A stretch of 64,000 nt of DNA from the human T2T-CHM13v2.0 reference genome, Homo sapiens: NCBI RefSeq assembly GCF_009914755.1, contig NC_060931.1; one strand, 5' to 3'. The position numbers and the translations under genes are program-made. Shown here piece by piece: positions 56,738 to 64,000 of the stretch. Within the stretch, counting starts at the first letter, position 1. Every line of letters begins with the position of its first letter. The notes under the pieces are model-generated. The model did not search any database and was not told the origin of the DNA. It saw only the letters and a list, made by a program, of their open reading frames with translations.

Positions 56738-57435
56738 TGCAACCACCCAAGGGGTTCACCTTGCCCGCTGCCTAGACAGAGCCTATCGAGATGGGGGAAT
56801 TGCAATAGAGAAAGAGTAATTTACACAGAGCTGGCTGTGCAGGAGACTAGAGTTTTATTATTACTCAAATCCATCTCCTTGAGCATTGAAGCATTCAGGG
56901 ATCAGAGTTTTCAAGGATAACTTGGGTGGGGGGAAGCCAGTGAGCCAGGAGTGCTGATTGGTCAGAGATGAAATCATAGGGAGTCAAAGCGGTCTTCTTG
57001 CCCTTATCAGTTCCTGGGTGAGGGGCCACAAGATCTGATGAGCCAGTTTATTGATCTGGGTGGTGCCAGCTGATCCATCAAGTGCAGGTTCTGCAAAATA
57101 TCTCAAGCACTGATCTTAGGAGCAGTTTAGGGAGGGTCAGAATATTGTAGCCTCCAGCTGCATATTAGAAACTACTCCTAAAACGTAATTTCTAATCTTG
57201 TGGCTAACATCAGTCCTACAAAGGCAATCAAGTCCCCAGGCAAGAAGGCCTGCTTTGGGAAAGGGCTGTTACCGTCTGTGTTTAAATTATAAAATATAAA
57301 CTAAGTTTCTCCCAAAGTTAGTTCAGCCTACTGCCAGGAAGGAACAAGCACAGCTTGGAGGTCAGAAGCAAGATGCTGTGGGTTAAGTTACACCTCTTTT
57401 ACTGCCTCAGTCATAATTTTGAAAAGGCGGTTTCA
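56738..57435 (-). mobile_element. LTR8 solo LTR
   Basis: Reverse complement starts TGAAACCGCCTTTTCAAAATTATGACTGAG; TSD GGCT. Confidence 0.85.
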
Positions 57436-57591
57436 GGCTTTCAGCCCTAACTTTCCCTTTGGCTGAAGGAGTTCGGAGGTCCTGAGAGTTTTTGATTTTC
57501 CCTTACGTGTTGTATAAAAACAGTCTCTCAACGTTGATTCCTGCCTACCTTACTGCTTGTTTTTATCAAAAGACGACATATGGGAATATAA

Positions 57592-57939
<348 letters not shown>

Positions 57940-57989
57940 TCAAACGTAAAGCTCTTTTCAATATCTGCTCTCCCTTTCTATCTTCCCCG

Positions 57990-58775
57990 ACTGTCAGTCC
58001 GGTCCCGTGGGAACCCGGGGCGGGTTGGGGCGAGTCAAGAGCCCCTGCACCCCAAGTCAGGGTACTGCACCTACCCCTTGGGGAGACCAACGACCGCTCG
58101 GTCCTCTGCTGCTCCTGCCTGGCGGTTGCTAGGAGCCGGGGAAGCGCAGGCGCATTGGGAGGGGCCGCGGGCACGCCGAGCAGCGACCACTCGGCCTTCC
58201 CCTGCTCCTGCCTGCCAGGTGCTAAAAATGCCGGGGATGCGCAGGCGCACTGGGAGAGGCCGCAGGGCACGCTGGGCAGTGCTTCTGGGCCCTCTGCTGC
58301 TCCTGCTTGTCGGTTGCTAGGCGCTGGGACGCGCCTCCCGAAGGGTGCGGGGCACAGGTGGCCTCTTCGGGGTGGACCGCGCCTGGCCGGGGCCGAGGAC
58401 ACCGCGGCCGCCCGGGCCTGCGGGAAGCGATGGAGCCCGGGAAGGTCGGTGCGGCGCTGGGTCTGGGCGAGGGGTGGTCGAGCTTCGCGGACTCCTTCGG
58501 GCGCCGCTAGCAGCGCCGCCGCCGCCCTCCCTTTGCGCAGCGGTTCTCTCGGCCGGGCCGGGGCTTCCCGGAGGAGCCGCGGTGCCTCCGAGGCAGGAAG
58601 GGAAACGGAGGCGCGGCTGGCCGTCGGCGCGAGGGATGGCAGGACGCCGGGCTCCCGGCGGTCGGGAGAGGCGGTCTGTGCAGCCTCAGGCCTGGGGTCG
58701 CCGCCGCGGCCCGTCTCCTCGCGCCCGGCCTGGAGGCGGCCTCGGCCCCTGCTGCGGGGCCGGGGTGGCTGAGGA
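57990..58775. promoter_or_regulatory. CpG island / promoter of DYNC2I1 with NRF1-type sites (58144-58154, 58238-58249) and X-box-like sites (58125, 58313)
   Basis: High CpG density; GCGCAGGCGCA twice; GGTTGCTAGG twice. Confidence 0.88.
58430..58444 (+). CDS. DYNC2I1: DYNC2I1 (WDR60, dynein-2 intermediate chain 1) first coding exon: MEPGK
   Basis: gcgATGG strong Kozak context, ATG GAG CCC GGG AAG then donor |gtcggt; matches the remembered WDR60 N-terminus (MEPGKRRTKDD...) and its divergent position next to ESYT2. Confidence 0.88.
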
Positions 58776-58849
58776 GACATATTTAAAAGTTTATTAAATT
58801 TTAGCTGACTTAAGTTTAAATATGACTTGTCACAGTTTAAGAGGTTGAG

Positions 58850-59075
58850 AGAGTGCAGCCTGGGTGCTTGAGTTTGAATTCAGGATTTTGTATTTACTTG
58901 TATGACCTTGGCAAACTCACTTAACATGTCTTGTTTCCTAATTCATTCAATGGGCACAATAATAATAGCAACATTATAGGGTGTTTAAGAAGGTTAAGTG
59001 AGATATTATGTGTAAAAGTGCATAGACCAGTGCCTGCTTTCATTAACACTCAATAAATGTTAGATATTACTGTAT
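58850..59075 (+). mobile_element. MIR
   Basis: tgaccttggcaaactcacttaac...gtttcct...aataataatagc...ctcaataaatgttag core. Confidence 0.8.
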
Positions 59076-59220
59076 TATTCTTATCTATTGATTCCCCACT
59101 GAAAGATGAGGAATTTAATTTGCATACATTTTCTTCTACCTTCACTCCTATTATTTTTTCCCCATCACTTACCTTTATGTGTTGAATAATACTCCTTAAT
59201 TTGTATTTTATGTTATATAA

Positions 59221-62059
<2,839 letters not shown>

Positions 62060-62689
62060 TAGCTTTTAGTATACACCAAGCATTTCTTTCAGTTTGTTTC
62101 ATTGTACTTAGTTGCTCACATAATTAATCTGATGAATATAAATAGTTTTATGTTCTTTATTTGTACTGAGATCATACCAAGTTTCAGTATGTCGTAGCTA
62201 TTGGAAAAAACTTAATGGTACCTTTGCAGGCTTTACACCTGCCTGCATGGTGACAATTTTCTTTAATATTAGCTCTTTCAAAACTCTTTAATTTATCTTG
62301 TTTACAATGTGTATGACTATTAATTTTTATGGTCAATGAAAATTTTAGAAATTTCTAAGTTTTTTTGTTACATACCAAACAATTGATAGGTAATGTGTGA
62401 GTTTATTGTTATGAAATTTATTAATCATAGCTTGAAAAATGTAGACATGTTTTTTAGGTTATTCTTAGTTTAAAATAAATTTCTACCCTTTTTATTTTCA
62501 TGTGAGATATGTACTAGTGATGTGAACTGTTTAGGTACAGTGCAATGCCGTTTCATTCTGTTTTTAGAAAGGCTGAATGTTTTAGAGTAGCTACAGTGGG
62601 GTCTCCAAGGTTGGTCCTCACCAATCCGCTTGTGGGGTTCCTCCAGAGAACTGCAGAAACTCTGGCATGAACTCTCCATTCAAAGCCCT

Positions 62690-63190
62690 GTGCTGATTCT
62701 TGACGAAAGTTTAACACTGCTCCTCGCAGTGTAAGGCCACCTCTGGGACAACCCAGCTCAGTGTTGTCTGAAAGAGCTCAGGGCTGTCAGAATAATTTAC
62801 TGTTTGTTTTAGCCAACACCTGGGGATAGGTCCCTGACATCCTTTCTGAAGAGAGTTTAAAAGGGCTTAAATTATGAATCCTTCTCTGTCCTTTTGAGAT
62901 GTCTCTAAATCTGCAATTCAGGAGTGTCTTTGAAAAGATATCAGAAAGGACAGGATGGCCTCTGTTCTGGTCTCTCTGGGAAGGTAGAATCCTAACTACT
63001 GTAATTATCAGCTAGCAGACACAGCGAGCTTAATCTCACACTGACCAGCCTTTGTAATTTTTCACTTGAGCTCCCCTAGCCCGGGTTCTCCCCTAAAACA
63101 CTCCCTCACCTCAGTGCAAACAGAAATGGAGCTCAGCTGTTTCCCGTCCCGCCTGCAGTTACTGAATGAAATCTATTTCACCACTCGAAA
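62690..63190 (+). mobile_element. Probable old ERV1-type LTR (family uncertain)
   Basis: LTR-like composition and degenerate poly(A) region gaatgaaatctatttcaccact; termini not resolved. Confidence 0.4.
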
Positions 63191-64000
63191 GTCTGGCATC
63201 CCCCTCCCCACACTTCTCATCTGTCAGCCAAGTCTAGAAAGGAATCAGCCTGAGGTCAGCTCTGTCTACAAAATAGACTCAGCGCAGCAGCATTTTAGGC
63301 ATCTGCCGCTTTGACGTAGCTTTGACGTAGCAGCTCACAGATAGGACTCTCATCTGCAAATACATGCATACCGAAAACACAGGTGCTCCCTGCAGCCACG
63401 TTTGTCACATGGAGTACAGAGTGTTAGAAGCAGCCTGTGTGGTCACCAGCCAGGGCCTAGGTGAGTGAATTACGGTGACTGTAGGGAATAACCTTGGATT
63501 CAGTGATGGAAACTGATCATCCTAGTTTTCTTCGTTACCGTTTTCTTCAGAGCACTTTTCCTACCAGGGAGCGTCAGTTACACAGTCAAGTAATAGAATG
63601 AAGACCTGGATAGGCTGCATTTCATAATTTGGCCCTAAGTAATTTGATAACTTAAAAATTCTAGTGTAAGGAATTTTGGAAAAAAAATGAGGACAGCAAA
63701 GGATAAATTATGTCCCAGTCCTAAAGGCGGGAGCCAGCCTTGCCCTCTGGGTCTCTTAGCGTGCGCCCTAGTTTGGTGTGTTGCCATGCAGGGTTAGTGA
63801 AGCACACCACTCTGGCCGTTAGTGCTCCTGCTCATTCCACTCTGTAATTCTGAGAATTAATGTTGGTGTCGTCAACCTAAAGAAAATCCAGGCAAAATTA
63901 ATTATAGAGACTATCAGGGCCACAGCCTGGGAAACACTGGGAGGCGCTCCAGAGAACAAAGGAGAGGCTTGAGTGTTTAAAGAGAAAAGGACGAATCAGG

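Overview
Human (primate) genomic DNA that I recognise as the subtelomeric 7q36.3 interval holding two divergently transcribed genes. On the minus strand is the 5' part of ESYT2 (extended synaptotagmin-2): a CpG-island promoter, an upstream alternative first exon (MTANR...), the main exon 1 (MTPPSR.../MSGARG...DLPAW), a ~29.7 kb intron 1, and exons 2 and 3. On the plus strand, ~27 kb away, are the CpG-island promoter and 15-nt first coding exon (MEPGK) of DYNC2I1/WDR60. The rest is dense in Alu, L1, MaLR/ERV LTRs, a decayed MER4-group provirus and five minisatellites; most ORFs in the supplied track come from these repeats or from GC-rich islands. There is no prokaryote-type system here (no CRISPR, no operon). 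The most interesting candidates are all built by short local duplication: (1) five copies of the ESYT2 exon-1/donor junction that create competing 5' splice sites, one in frame; (2) a chain of upstream ORFs linked to each other and to the ESYT2 start codons by TGATG/ATGA stop-start overlaps; (3) a DYNC2I1 promoter made of a triplicated X-box-like plus NRF1 cassette. Gene and repeat-family names come from memory of known sequences, not from a database search, and repeat boundaries are approximate unless a TSD is given.
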